A stretch of DNA of 48,411 nt from a virus (IMGVR_UViG_3300009086_000027:1-48411), one strand, 5' to 3'. Positions 17,401-26,220 are shown, numbered from the stretch's first letter. The notes: generated by a model not told the origin, from the sequence alone. A program made the numbers and translations.

Positions 17401-20400
17401 GGAACGAAGAAAAAGCATCAGCTGCCTTGCGGCCACCGCGACGGATACGCTCTTTGTCCTCAATCGTTGCGTAGTAGGGCTTCTCGATACGAGCGTACAA
17501 GGGCATCAGGACTTTATTACCGCCACCACGACGTACCTTCTGGCTAGCGTATTCCCCAGCAACAAACTCACTGTCAGTCAAATACACACCAGTGCCGAGC
17601 CAGCCGCTATCTTTGCGGTCTGGATGGTCTAAGTCAAACTGAACAATGTCAGCGTTCGTGCCATGGTACAGGACAGCAGGGGCGCCATCTTGGTCACGCA
17701 CTACCGATTTGCCGAACCAGCGGGCAAAGGCTTCTGAAGTCCGGCCAGTAACCTTGAGAATATTCCCAGTCCCTTTACCTGTCGTCTCAACACCAGCAGC
17801 TTGGTCGAGCAAGGAGAACGTATTCTGCATGACATCTGTAGCCAGCGAACGCTTGCCGCCCAAGAAGCGAACAACAATAGCTTCCACCAACTGAATGATG
17901 TCGTTAGCCCAAGTACGGAACAGGTTAGGTGTATTAGACTCAATACCCTGCAGTGCGCGACGGAAATCGTTAAGGGTATTCCCGTAAGAAACAAGTTCTA
18001 GCGCAGCGTCGAGATCATTGCCTTTGTCTAGCAGGGTCTTAATAACTTTCTGAACCTCTGCAGCTTTGGGGCCCAGAGTCTTGGTGTCGTACGCAGCGAC
18101 ACGACGTGCGGCGGCGATTAAGTTTTTGACTTCTTTAGCTGTGGGGTTCTTATACACAAACTCCTGCAAGGCGCCATGGAGTGCTTCGTGTAGGACGACC
18201 TCTTTGCTAGCAGTGGGAGATATAGTTATCGTTCGGTTCTTGGGGTCGTACTGGGACTTCCCCTCGGCGAATACGATATTAATGTTTTTATTCTTAAGGG
18301 CTATCTTAGTAGCAGTGGCCAGCATCTTCTCGTACGGCGTGCCAACTTGGCGCAGGTAGTTCATAACCCCGAAGATACCGTCTTGCTCTGTACCATTGCC
18401 GAACGTAGCCCAGCCTTCTGTAGCTGCTATGACTAACTGTGGCGTAGCGCCCTTGGCGGCGGCTTCTTTAGACTGGCGAGTGTCTTTATTACTAACATCC
18501 AAAAAGTCTATCTGCGCCAAGAACGACTCACGCTTAGCAGCAGCCCATGCACGAGACAACGTAATATCAGCCTTTGCAGCATCTGGGTCAGAACGGCGCT
18601 CTTTCTGGGCGCGGTCTTTTACGAACCGAACAATAGTCTCAACGTCTTTAGCGTTTCCACCAACCGCCTCCCCGAGCTTAGCCAAAGCCACACGAACCTG
18701 CACAGCGGCACGCTTTGCGTTTTCAACACGAGCTTCAGGCTTAGATTCCTCTGTGCCGCGTTTAAGCTTTTCGTCGGACCGGACTAAATTTAGGTTACTG
18801 AAACGCTCATAAGCGTTGGCGAACTCAGTTGCGGCCTTAGCGATCTGGGCTACCTTAGCACCATACTTTTCTGTAGCGGCAACGTCAGTAGCGGCTTTCC
18901 CTTCTTGGCGAACAACGGGCCTAGACTTAGGGTTAATGATTACATTGCGGATAGCCGCATATACTTGCTTGGGGTAAGAAGGACGCCCCGGCGCTTTTTT
19001 GACGTCAGATTTAATTACCGCATTAAGCACGCGAGTGCCAGCGGTCGGTGCGTCGTTGTCAAGAGAATCAAGAATAGCTTGAATCTCGGCGTCTTGCGCG
19101 GCGGCTTCTTTATCAGTTATTGGCGTCTCTGGCTCCGCGTCAGCTACATCTGCTTCGGCGGTAAGCGCGGTATCGGTCTCGGTCTCCACAAAAAGGTCCC
19201 CCGCCGCTTGGTCGGCGGCAGGGGTAACAGCGCCCGCAGGCGCCGCAGGAGAACCTAGCTCAGGAGCAGGCATACGCGCAGAAGCAGTGTCGGCAATCCG
19301 CTGGCGAATTGCTCGTAAGGCTTGACGTTCGCTATCTGTTTGGGCAAGCGCTAATGTAGCGTTAAGTTGTTTGATCTGGCGGCGTTCCGCAGTGCTTAGA
19401 GCATCAGGTTGGTCTAGCAGAGTCTGGATTTGCGCGTCGCTTGCGGCGGTGTCCTCTACTACGGGGGCTGGCGTCGTAGCACTAGGTGCTACCTCTTGGG
19501 CGGCTACATCGGCTACATCTGGGGCCACCCGGCCCATTGGGGCAGTGGGGAGAGTGTTACGGGCTTGAATCTGTTCGGGCGTAGCTTGTTGCTGGGTGGA
19601 AACCTGCCCAGCTGGCTTAACGCCGCCGCGTGGGCCGATCATTTCTCGCTGCTGCGCGAGACCACCGAACGCCTGCATCTGCAGACGGCTTACTGCGTCC
19701 TTTGTGCTTTGGGCTATCTTTGGGTCGGCTAACAGGCGCGTGAATAACACACCGATATTCTGCTGTTGCGCAGGGTCAGCCATATCCTTGCCGAGCAGTT
19801 GACGGTAGTACGGTGACCGCGCGGTTAGCCCTGTACCTTTAAGTAAGTCTGCAGTGAGGCGCGTGTCGAACTCAGTTGTCTGCACCTGCTCTGTAGCGGG
19901 AATACGCGAACGTACACCAGCAGCTAAGTTACGCAAGCGCTGAGCTTCTGTAGTAGATGCTTCGTCACCCACTGCCTCTAAAGCTACAGCCTGTTCGTCA
20001 TATACACGGGCTTCGGCGAGTAACTGCTCTGCCTCCATGTCAGCTGTCTGCTTTGGAGCATAAATACGCGAACGTACACCGGCAGCTAAGTTACGTAAAC
20101 GCTGGGCTTCCGTGGCAGACGCTTCGTCGCCCGCTGCCTCTAGCGGTATAGCTTGTTCGTCGTACGCACGGGCTTCAGCAAGTAACTTCTCTGCCTCCAT
20201 GTCAGAGATACGGGTGGCGTCAGTATCGGCAGCTTGGGTTTCCGCCGCACTAGTAGTACCTAGTAAATCGGTCTCTTCTTCAGCACGGGTAGTATCTGGC
20301 TGTTGGCCAAAGCCAACTAGCGTACCCTGTGTTCCTCTTGGCTGGTAAGCTAAGTCTGGCAACGGAGCGACTTTGCGCTTTTCTACGCCTTCTACAGTGA

Positions 20401-21337
20401 GGTCAACTTCTTGGTCGGGCGCCGCTTCTTGCGTGCTAGATGTTAACGTATCAGTGTCTACGATGGTTCCGTCTGGGAACACAGTGACGGTTGGCTCTCG
20501 GGTCCCTGCAAAAGCGGCGGCGCCGCCTCGAATTGCACCACCACCTAAAAACGCTTTAGCCCCGGCAACGGCGTACTCATTTTCAGCCTCTTCTCCGGTA
20601 ACAGGTTTATACGCGCCTACACGCTCAAGAGCTGTTTGGGGTAGTTCAGTAACTGTTTCTTCGACGGCGCCACGAAGCCCTTGCTTACCTAAGTTAGCAG
20701 CATAGCTCTTTCCAGCTTCCCTAGCCAGTTCACGGGTCCCCTTGCTCAGGACAATATCAGCCACGCGTTCGGCGCCGCCTAGACGTTCTAAGAGCGCGAT
20801 GGGTATTGTTACAGCAAGAGCTAAATCCTTGTCGTCGATACCTTGGGCCCGTTGTTCTTGACGGATACCACCGTAAGTCTGTGCTCCAATAGGCAAAAGA
20901 CCGCCTACAAAACCACCTATAGTCTGTCCAACAGCAACACCGGGTGGGCCAAACGGAACACCCAATAGCCCACCAACAACTCGTCCGCCAAGAACGGTAC
21001 CAGCAGCGGTAAGGCCAACTTGCGGAACAATCTCACCAACAGCCTCTCGTGCTGTTGTGATAGGCCTAGATTTAACATCTTCCCATGACTGAATCTGGCT
21101 TGGGTTAGCTTGGATTATCTCCTCGCCGTATTGCTCTACACCAGAGCCAGCACGTTCAAGACCGACATCTCTAAGGGTAGACCCTAGCCCAGAGACAAAC
21201 TGGCCCGCGCCGCGCCTAATGTCGGAGACAAAACCCGGATCATTAACCGGGACCTGTTCCTCCTCTTGTCTGGCTATCCCTAGAGCTAAGCCAAAACTTT
21301 CAGGGTCTATCCGGGTGATACCTTTAAAGTATTCCAT
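14492..21337 (-). CDS. Giant ejection / polyvalent protein (HExxH metallopeptidase, ART-PolyVal ADP-ribosyltransferase, LPD38-like C-terminus)
   Basis: 2281 aa, last of three ejection genes; Gly-rich hydrophobic N-terminus; VVLHEALHG; FARWFG..YHGT..GVYLT..GYDGVI..EYVVF; PFISW..DPFTG. Confidence 0.85.
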   Translation of the reverse strand: MEYFKGITRIDPESFGLALGIARQEEEQVPVNDPGFVSDIRRGAGQFVSGLGSTLRDVGLERAGSGVEQYGEEIIQANPSQIQSWEDVKSRPITTAREAVGEIVPQVGLTAAGTVLGGRVVGGLLGVPFGPPGVAVGQTIGGFVGGLLPIGAQTYGGIRQEQRAQGIDDKDLALAVTIPIALLERLGGAERVADIVLSKGTRELAREAGKSYAANLGKQGLRGAVEETVTELPQTALERVGAYKPVTGEEAENEYAVAGAKAFLGGGAIRGGAAAFAGTREPTVTVFPDGTIVDTDTLTSSTQEAAPDQEVDLTVEGVEKRKVAPLPDLAYQPRGTQGTLVGFGQQPDTTRAEEETDLLGTTSAAETQAADTDATRISDMEAEKLLAEARAYDEQAIPLEAAGDEASATEAQRLRNLAAGVRSRIYAPKQTADMEAEQLLAEARVYDEQAVALEAVGDEASTTEAQRLRNLAAGVRSRIPATEQVQTTEFDTRLTADLLKGTGLTARSPYYRQLLGKDMADPAQQQNIGVLFTRLLADPKIAQSTKDAVSRLQMQAFGGLAQQREMIGPRGGVKPAGQVSTQQQATPEQIQARNTLPTAPMGRVAPDVADVAAQEVAPSATTPAPVVEDTAASDAQIQTLLDQPDALSTAERRQIKQLNATLALAQTDSERQALRAIRQRIADTASARMPAPELGSPAAPAGAVTPAADQAAGDLFVETETDTALTAEADVADAEPETPITDKEAAAQDAEIQAILDSLDNDAPTAGTRVLNAVIKSDVKKAPGRPSYPKQVYAAIRNVIINPKSRPVVRQEGKAATDVAATEKYGAKVAQIAKAATEFANAYERFSNLNLVRSDEKLKRGTEESKPEARVENAKRAAVQVRVALAKLGEAVGGNAKDVETIVRFVKDRAQKERRSDPDAAKADITLSRAWAAAKRESFLAQIDFLDVSNKDTRQSKEAAAKGATPQLVIAATEGWATFGNGTEQDGIFGVMNYLRQVGTPYEKMLATATKIALKNKNINIVFAEGKSQYDPKNRTITISPTASKEVVLHEALHGALQEFVYKNPTAKEVKNLIAAARRVAAYDTKTLGPKAAEVQKVIKTLLDKGNDLDAALELVSYGNTLNDFRRALQGIESNTPNLFRTWANDIIQLVEAIVVRFLGGKRSLATDVMQNTFSLLDQAAGVETTGKGTGNILKVTGRTSEAFARWFGKSVVRDQDGAPAVLYHGTNADIVQFDLDHPDRKDSGWLGTGVYLTDSEFVAGEYASQKVRRGGGNKVLMPLYARIEKPYYATIEDKERIRRGGRKAADAFSSFLTEKGYDGVILEYDDGGTEYVVFNPAGVKSSIGNNGEYDATNANILKAEVQSAKEEVPEDTGGFPSLGAYKDSPGLALNLTRTMFEYAGFGAGGTREAQVKRAADNSVKFIRKHLPGLEVYLRGINSKFGFSEGLKKIADYFKQQSQTSLLEAERLAHYMYKNPAQAERIWAYLDGDKNALTNKGDDVSLRLVADNLNVHIKKYVASLPASDRKLFENRKLSEILLTPSQINEVAKKAFGIDKVGKLFKTERRTETSLDAFKDYLNLTNGVLDSNEPMYQVMENIELTDGTLQKVPYGFISKSKLAQYPGLDVDQSRVWFLDKATRATGNSFNFISRAANPVDVRKMAKSLQDKTVPLAVREEVLTQMTSALMNTVAGLSKNYAAKNYVESLDTFGDENGAKTASSVVFNSIDEVNSVFEGRGLTEAKVLDASKPEAKITSIRNKAMRDGVWVRLPEEGYGVLNGKLISGPVWSNLLDMNDRSPLFNSNALATLMTTFKKSKTIFTPATHANNILTNYSMMLLHGISHKTVADAAVMFSKFEVSPESLTKEQRAIMKAFYSSGAVLGQFTNSEAKRFIADSLAKQIGPDNNPSMLTRLTALGKHEKAMSDFAIKALRAGKATDSFMTELYAAGDNVFRLAAFMNVAGNLQEKNGKLGDAELQEAGLAARKMFLDYDIDARMVRAARQSFLPFISWAYAITPVLGRLAITRPWAMVNMMGAISLMGAMMGDDDDEMRKMGPEQVRERSLYGLGPYKYMRVPFMGDDDNPVYFNLGKSVPIMSLLDPSPSKSRLFDQDWIPGAINPNGPYISLATIMLQGKDPFTGKDLYNVADSDWDKVVKGSAAVWNELTPSLTRIGGINKPTGMQLELWGKGADYLNGATGPTGKAKDALFMARFFGLSVYEFNKDESRFYNTEAAKKIKREFKAEINRYKREFARRGYDDYEELDSRLQELYAQMYEEMRKAVGQEE
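19901..20205. repeat. Diverged tandem direct repeat (2 x about 143 nt, period 162 nt = 54 aa)
   Basis: 19901-20043 and 20063-20205 both encode DMEAE.LLAEAR.YDEQA..LEA.GDEAS.TEAQRLRNLAAGVRSRI. Confidence 0.92.
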
Positions 21338-21349
21338 CTCTATCCTTGC

Positions 21350-23047
21350 TTATGGAGCGTAAGTCGTTGGATTCGTGGTAAGCCCACCAGAGCCCCCTAG
21401 ACCCATAGGTGGACGCGGCCTAAAGCTTGCTGGCGGCGGTACAGTTTCAGCGCCTAGCCCTTTTGCTGGTGGCGCGGGCGGTGGAATGTATGGTACACCA
21501 GCTTGCTCTGCAAGGGCGCGGACATGCGCCTCTGTCACATTTTCAATCTTACGCAACTTAGCTAAAGCTTCAGAAACAGCCGCGCCTCCCCTTTTACCTG
21601 CGGCTCTAAGGTCGTCTGTCATGGTCTTCGCTCGCGCGCGATTCTGAGAGCTGTTAAGAGCGCCAGCCATGGCATTTCGCGCAGCTTGCATTTTTTCAGC
21701 GGGCGTACCGACCATCGTATCGCCTTTAAACATACTGGCGATAACCTCTAGTTCAGCCTTAAGCAACGGATCATCCCCGGCCTTAATCCCGCCCAGAGCT
21801 TTTTTCTCTGTGTCAGACAGCTCGTATCCAAGGTTCTCCAGCGCTTTGATTTGACCGGCAAGCGTTTTGCTCTGCGCGTCTCGCGCTGCGACTTCGAGTC
21901 TCGAGATTTCTACACCAAGACGCTGCCCAGACAATGTCAGCTCTTCTCTACGAACACCCATTTGCTCGGCAAATTGTGCTTTTTGTGTCTCAGCAGCGGC
22001 GGATCTAAGGTTGTTGTCGAACTGACGCTGGCTGAACTCAGACAATGCTTTCGGGTCCGTAAAGGCTCTGGCGCTAGCTTCTAGCTCGTCAAAACTTTTA
22101 AACGTTACAGGTTCCGTAGGGTCGCCGTTGTCTAGCACGCGGTTTACAATAATAGAGTCCTTTGGTCCCGGAGTCACACTTACTACTCTAGCGCCGTCTT
22201 TAACGTACTTATCATACAGTTTGCCAAACCCTTCTAGGCTTCTTGAAGAGAGAACCTCACCTAAATCCCGTGTGTACTGGGCATTTTCCGTTGCAATCGT
22301 CTCCCTGACTGTTTTATTACGGCTGTCAATAAGGGCGTTAGCTTCCGCCTGATAGCCCTTTGCGCGTAAAGCATTAACTTGATTCTGCGTAGCTACGTTG
22401 AAGTCCTCTTCAGTGAGGTTATTAAACCCACCGCGCTTTTCGGCTTGTTGCTTAATGTAATCAGAGGCAGCTTGCTCCGCTGCTGTAACTCCCGCGACGC
22501 GGTCTGCCTTAGTCTTTGCTTCGCCAATCTGGTAATCGGCAAGTTGACCCTGCTTTATGCCAAGTTGGTACTGCTGCTCTCCACGTCGCTGCTCAAGGGC
22601 GCGGGCTTCCAGCTTATCTGCTTCGTCAATCATACCTTCACGACGGTATATACGGGCTAGACCCTCCGACCGCAGGGGAGCAGCAGCTTGTCTCGCTTCC
22701 TCGCGCGAAGCATAGTTTATCGGCATCCCCGTTACACCACGAGGACCTTGCGCCATAGAGTAATCTGCTTGCGTTAGACCGGAGCGGCGCTGTAACTCTT
22801 CTAAAGCTGGGTTGTATTGCTGTTCAACCTGAGCAATAGCAGCTTCGTCTCCTGCAGCAGATTGCAAGGCTTGTTGTTTAAGACCTTGGACTTGCTGGAT
22901 ATTTTGCTGCAGTTCAGGGCCGTAAGCACCTTCAGTAACCTCGTACTTAGCCGACTCTTGGGCTAGACCTTGCTTACGGTCACGCTCCATCTTAGCATCT
23001 GCTATAGCCTCAAGACCCTTGCCAAGATTGCTCCAGTTTAAGCGCAT
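21350..23047 (-). CDS. Putative internal virion / DNA-ejection protein
   Basis: Helical, Gln/Ala-rich; middle gene of the ejection trio. Confidence 0.7.
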   Translation of the reverse strand: MRLNWSNLGKGLEAIADAKMERDRKQGLAQESAKYEVTEGAYGPELQQNIQQVQGLKQQALQSAAGDEAAIAQVEQQYNPALEELQRRSGLTQADYSMAQGPRGVTGMPINYASREEARQAAAPLRSEGLARIYRREGMIDEADKLEARALEQRRGEQQYQLGIKQGQLADYQIGEAKTKADRVAGVTAAEQAASDYIKQQAEKRGGFNNLTEEDFNVATQNQVNALRAKGYQAEANALIDSRNKTVRETIATENAQYTRDLGEVLSSRSLEGFGKLYDKYVKDGARVVSVTPGPKDSIIVNRVLDNGDPTEPVTFKSFDELEASARAFTDPKALSEFSQRQFDNNLRSAAAETQKAQFAEQMGVRREELTLSGQRLGVEISRLEVAARDAQSKTLAGQIKALENLGYELSDTEKKALGGIKAGDDPLLKAELEVIASMFKGDTMVGTPAEKMQAARNAMAGALNSSQNRARAKTMTDDLRAAGKRGGAAVSEALAKLRKIENVTEAHVRALAEQAGVPYIPPPAPPAKGLGAETVPPPASFRPRPPMGLGGSGGLTTNPTTYAP

Positions 23048-24012
23048 GGTTCTACCTCAATCATTTCAATGCCGAGACCGGCGTAGTTAACAGCATCATA
23101 CCCGTTAGGCATAACGATAACCATCTCTGGGAACTTCTTGCGAACATCATCAGACATAACGCCCAAGTATGTTGTACCGGGCTTGCCGATGTATTCAAAC
23201 TCGTAAAGCGGCAGCATGGTACGCTCATCACGCCCAACTTCTTTAATATTCATTTTTAGACGGCGGTCAGAAACACCGAACATACCAGCCTTAGACATAG
23301 CCGCCGCCCCCTGCATCAGCCCGCCAACATCCAGACCGTTGTCCTGAGCACTGTTGTACATACTGGTTTGCGAGTTCAAAATAGTGCCATAGGACTGACC
23401 GGCGTTTGACAGACCCTGTTGGTAATCTTGACCCGCTGCGCGGTATTGGGCCCCAGCGCCTGTACCTGCTTGAGTAGCACCTTGATAAGCGGCAACGGAG
23501 GCCCCAGCCAAGTTACGACCAAGGCCAACGGCGTCTAGTTTGCGGGCGTAGCCGAGTTGTTCTGCCTGAGAACGTGCGCCTGTTCTGGCACCAGCGGTCA
23601 TTGCGGCCAGTCCCATAGCATTAGCGTTAGAAGCCGCTCCGAATGCGCCAGAGTTAGGGTTTACCCCACGCCGTGTGGCGGATCGCATAGAGGCACCTTG
23701 GGCGCTCTGGAAGGCGGCAGCAGCGTCAGCAGCAGCTTTACCAGCCATTTCTTCTTGATACGCGGCGGTGTTGAACTTTTCTGCGTCAGCTACTAGCCCA
23801 ACCTCTAGCGGTCTAAATGTTTCTTTTTGGTAGTCGTAGTAGTCCTTAGCCTGCTCCATCTGTTGGCGCTGAGCCTCAGTCATGGCGGTGGCAAGACCGG
23901 TGAGCAGTGGTTTATTTTCGTCGTACTGGCGTTCAGCAAACTCAAGTTGCTTCTCGGCAATACGTTCCATGCCGCTGTAATCCGGTGGTGGAGGACTCGA
24001 TTTACCGCCCAT
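23038..24012 (-). CDS. Putative pilot/ejection protein with C-terminal peptidase S74 chaperone
   Basis: MGGKSSPPPPDY start; Ala/Gly/Gln-rich helices; SDRRLK...LYEFEY..GVMSDDV..VNY. Confidence 0.8.
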   Translation of the reverse strand: MGGKSSPPPPDYSGMERIAEKQLEFAERQYDENKPLLTGLATAMTEAQRQQMEQAKDYYDYQKETFRPLEVGLVADAEKFNTAAYQEEMAGKAAADAAAAFQSAQGASMRSATRRGVNPNSGAFGAASNANAMGLAAMTAGARTGARSQAEQLGYARKLDAVGLGRNLAGASVAAYQGATQAGTGAGAQYRAAGQDYQQGLSNAGQSYGTILNSQTSMYNSAQDNGLDVGGLMQGAAAMSKAGMFGVSDRRLKMNIKEVGRDERTMLPLYEFEYIGKPGTTYLGVMSDDVRKKFPEMVIVMPNGYDAVNYAGLGIEMIEVEPCA

Positions 24013-24015
24013 AAC

Positions 24016-24432
24016 TTACTCCTTGCGTAGCCATCTGCATTTATCCGGCCACAGAACCATAAACTGCATATCGGCACCGGGGGCGCCGTCTTTCATTACA
24101 AACTCTTCTACAAGCCCCAAGTGCCGGTAGAACTTAACAAGATTCGGCTCGTTTGTAGGAACCATACCCGTTAACCTTTTTAGACCACAGAATCTGAATG
24201 CGTAATCGCAAACATGTTCAAACAGCGGGATAATCATTCGTGTGGTCTTAGCAATCGCAATGTGGCACGTAGCGTTCGCACCGTTGTAATTGTTTATGAC
24301 TACACCAGCTATAACTTCGTTTTCGTGCACGACTCCTATAGCGTAAAAATCACCCCAACTCGCCCCTTGCCTAACCTGCCTAGCGACCCACTCGCCAACG
24401 CGCTGACTCTGGTTTAAGACAAGTTCTGCCAT
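24016..24432 (-). CDS. GNAT-fold protein (RimJ/L-like; positional analogue of P22 gp14/T7 gp13)
   Basis: IAGVVINNY..DYAF..LKRLTGMVPTNE....FYRHLGLVEE. Confidence 0.8.
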   Translation of the reverse strand: MAELVLNQSQRVGEWVARQVRQGASWGDFYAIGVVHENEVIAGVVINNYNGANATCHIAIAKTTRMIIPLFEHVCDYAFRFCGLKRLTGMVPTNEPNLVKFYRHLGLVEEFVMKDGAPGADMQFMVLWPDKCRWLRKE

Positions 24433-24464
24433 AAGCAGATTATGACTGATTATTTGTTACTACG

Positions 24465-24947
24465 CTAGCCCGGAAACACCGGTAATTCAGCCACAAAGTC
24501 CGTGTCAGATGGCATGGTACGACTCCCAGCAAAAACAGCATCAAGAATAGCAAACGCAGCATCCCAGCAATCACTACGCCAAAATTTATACGCAACGCCT
24601 TCAGAGTCGTACACTGGATGCCCAGACCCGGCGTAAGAGACAGCAGACAGGATGTTGTCGTACCCCTTTGCCTGAGCCGTGGTGTCTAAGTAGTTTTGCA
24701 CAAGGGCCGTTTTGCGCCGAATCTGAACCTCCTCATAGACTTCTTGAGGCTTTGGAGTTACAGTGAACTGAATGTCTAACTCACCCTCTGGGACCGGCTC
24801 TATAGGCGTTGCAACCTCTAGCTCGGGGTCATGCGCAGGTGGGTTGTAGTTGGCAATGCGTTCCCCTTCCAGCACCTTCATAAAAGGGCTGAGCTTGCGC
24901 ACGACTTCCTTAATCGAGCCGTCTGGGTTCAGAAACGCGTAGGGCAT
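24465..24947 (-). CDS. Tail fibre assembly-like protein
   Basis: LDTTAQAKGYDNILSAVSY...WRSDCW...ELP motif; position after the fibre genes. Confidence 0.65.
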   Translation of the reverse strand: MPYAFLNPDGSIKEVVRKLSPFMKVLEGERIANYNPPAHDPELEVATPIEPVPEGELDIQFTVTPKPQEVYEEVQIRRKTALVQNYLDTTAQAKGYDNILSAVSYAGSGHPVYDSEGVAYKFWRSDCWDAAFAILDAVFAGSRTMPSDTDFVAELPVFPG

Positions 24948-25180
24948 CAGGTAGGCATTGCCGCCTTAATTGCTTCGGGTGTAGAAGCGGAATCAATCGC
25001 CGTCTGAACAGCAGCGTACTTATCACGAACTACTTGGCGTTGTGCCTCAACAGCAGCGGCGTCTGTACCGGGCAATTGCTTCATAATCTGCTCATCCAAT
25101 GGTGCAAACTCTTCTGCACGTTTGACACGGCGAACTTCGTGGGCAATGCCTTTGGCTTTATCTACGTTAATGGTAATCAT
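24947..25180 (-). CDS. Tail fibre assembly chaperone-like protein
   Basis: AKGIAHEVRR..R..EFAPLD...RQVVRD; ATGA coupling. Confidence 0.65.
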   Translation of the reverse strand: MITINVDKAKGIAHEVRRVKRAEEFAPLDEQIMKQLPGTDAAAVEAQRQVVRDKYAAVQTAIDSASTPEAIKAAMPT

Positions 25181-25362
25181 GCTGAATACTCCCATGCGTT
25201 GCGGAATGTACGATCGGTGGGCACATCTGCCACATCGACAATCTTGTATGGCTTACCTGCTGGTACAGCCTTTAGCACCTGCTCTTCGGTTACACCGGGT
25301 GCGGGAACGATAACGGCAACACCGCCTTCGTCTGTTGGGTAAATTACTCGTTTGTTGTCCAT
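25177..25362 (-). CDS. Small tail-associated protein
   Basis: AAGGAG SD; VPAGKPYKIVD...DRTFRNAWE. Confidence 0.7.
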   Translation of the reverse strand: MDNKRVIYPTDEGGVAVIVPAPGVTEEQVLKAVPAGKPYKIVDVADVPTDRTFRNAWEYSA

Positions 25363-25419
25363 GATGAACTCCTTTTAAAAAATGTTTAGCAAAATAGGGT
25401 GCTAAAACCCATCCTTTGG

Positions 25420-25815
25420 TTAGCTTACGAAGACTGCGACACAAACTCGTGACGGGTCTTGTGTGGCTCCTGATGATGATGTTCTAGCCGCAATACGAAG
25501 GGCTGTGGTCGTTGGTGTAGTGCCAAACTTAATTGCAATGTTAACGTCATCGTTTGTTCCTGAACGCTGGGGCATGCCTGTTACACAGTAGTCTGGGGAA
25601 GCCAGTGCGCTCGAAAAGTTAATTTGGTATTCACCAACACCAAGATCGCTAACAGACGATACGTTGTGTGAATTAAGAACATCACAGTTTCCTCCAACGT
25701 TTGTTGTACCATTAAATACAACCCACGCTGCTGCGCTGCCCCAAATGACCGATGTTGTTGCCTTTGTTAACGATCCCGCTCTGTTAGCAATGTTGTCTGC
25801 TTTTATTGTTGACAT
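25420..25815 (-). CDS. Small fibre-tip/adhesin-like protein, paralogue 2
   Basis: MSTIKADNI; AWVVFNG..NVSSVSDLGVGEYQINF. Confidence 0.75.
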   Translation of the reverse strand: MSTIKADNIANRAGSLTKATTSVIWGSAAAWVVFNGTTNVGGNCDVLNSHNVSSVSDLGVGEYQINFSSALASPDYCVTGMPQRSGTNDDVNIAIKFGTTPTTTALRIAARTSSSGATQDPSRVCVAVFVS

Positions 25816-25830
25816 AATTTTTACTCCTGA

Positions 25831-26220
25831 TTAACGGAAGATGGCTACGCCACAATCAGCAATATCAACAGAGGCGCCGCCGTTGTTACCATATGTGCCC
25901 GCCACTCTGACTGAAGACGTATTTTTACCTGTAGGCAAAGAACTCAAATTACCACCGCTGTTTTTAAGAGCTAATAAGCCGGGGATACTTGTTGCTGAAG
26001 AGTAAGTCATAGCTTGAGCAACAACAAGATAGTTTGTATCTGACATCGCAGTAGTAAAGTTAACCAGATAATCACCTTGAGCGTTGTCCGTAATACTCGA
26101 CACGTTGCCACTCGCACGAATAGCCACAGTGCCAGTGCCATTGAAGTTCACCCATGCTTTACAGGTGTAAACCTCGACCCCGCTGGTGTTCTGTATTGTG
26201 TTTACTTTTAAAGTTGACAT
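25831..26220 (-). CDS. Small fibre-tip/adhesin-like protein, paralogue 1
   Basis: MSTLKVNTI; AWVNFNG..NVSSITDNAQGDYLVNF. Confidence 0.75.
   Translation of the reverse strand: MSTLKVNTIQNTSGVEVYTCKAWVNFNGTGTVAIRASGNVSSITDNAQGDYLVNFTTAMSDTNYLVVAQAMTYSSATSIPGLLALKNSGGNLSSLPTGKNTSSVRVAGTYGNNGGASVDIADCGVAIFR

Noticed and set aside
25420-26220. Diversity-generating retroelement TR/VR pair
   Set aside because: No reverse transcriptase in the window; the paralogues differ throughout, not only at adenines
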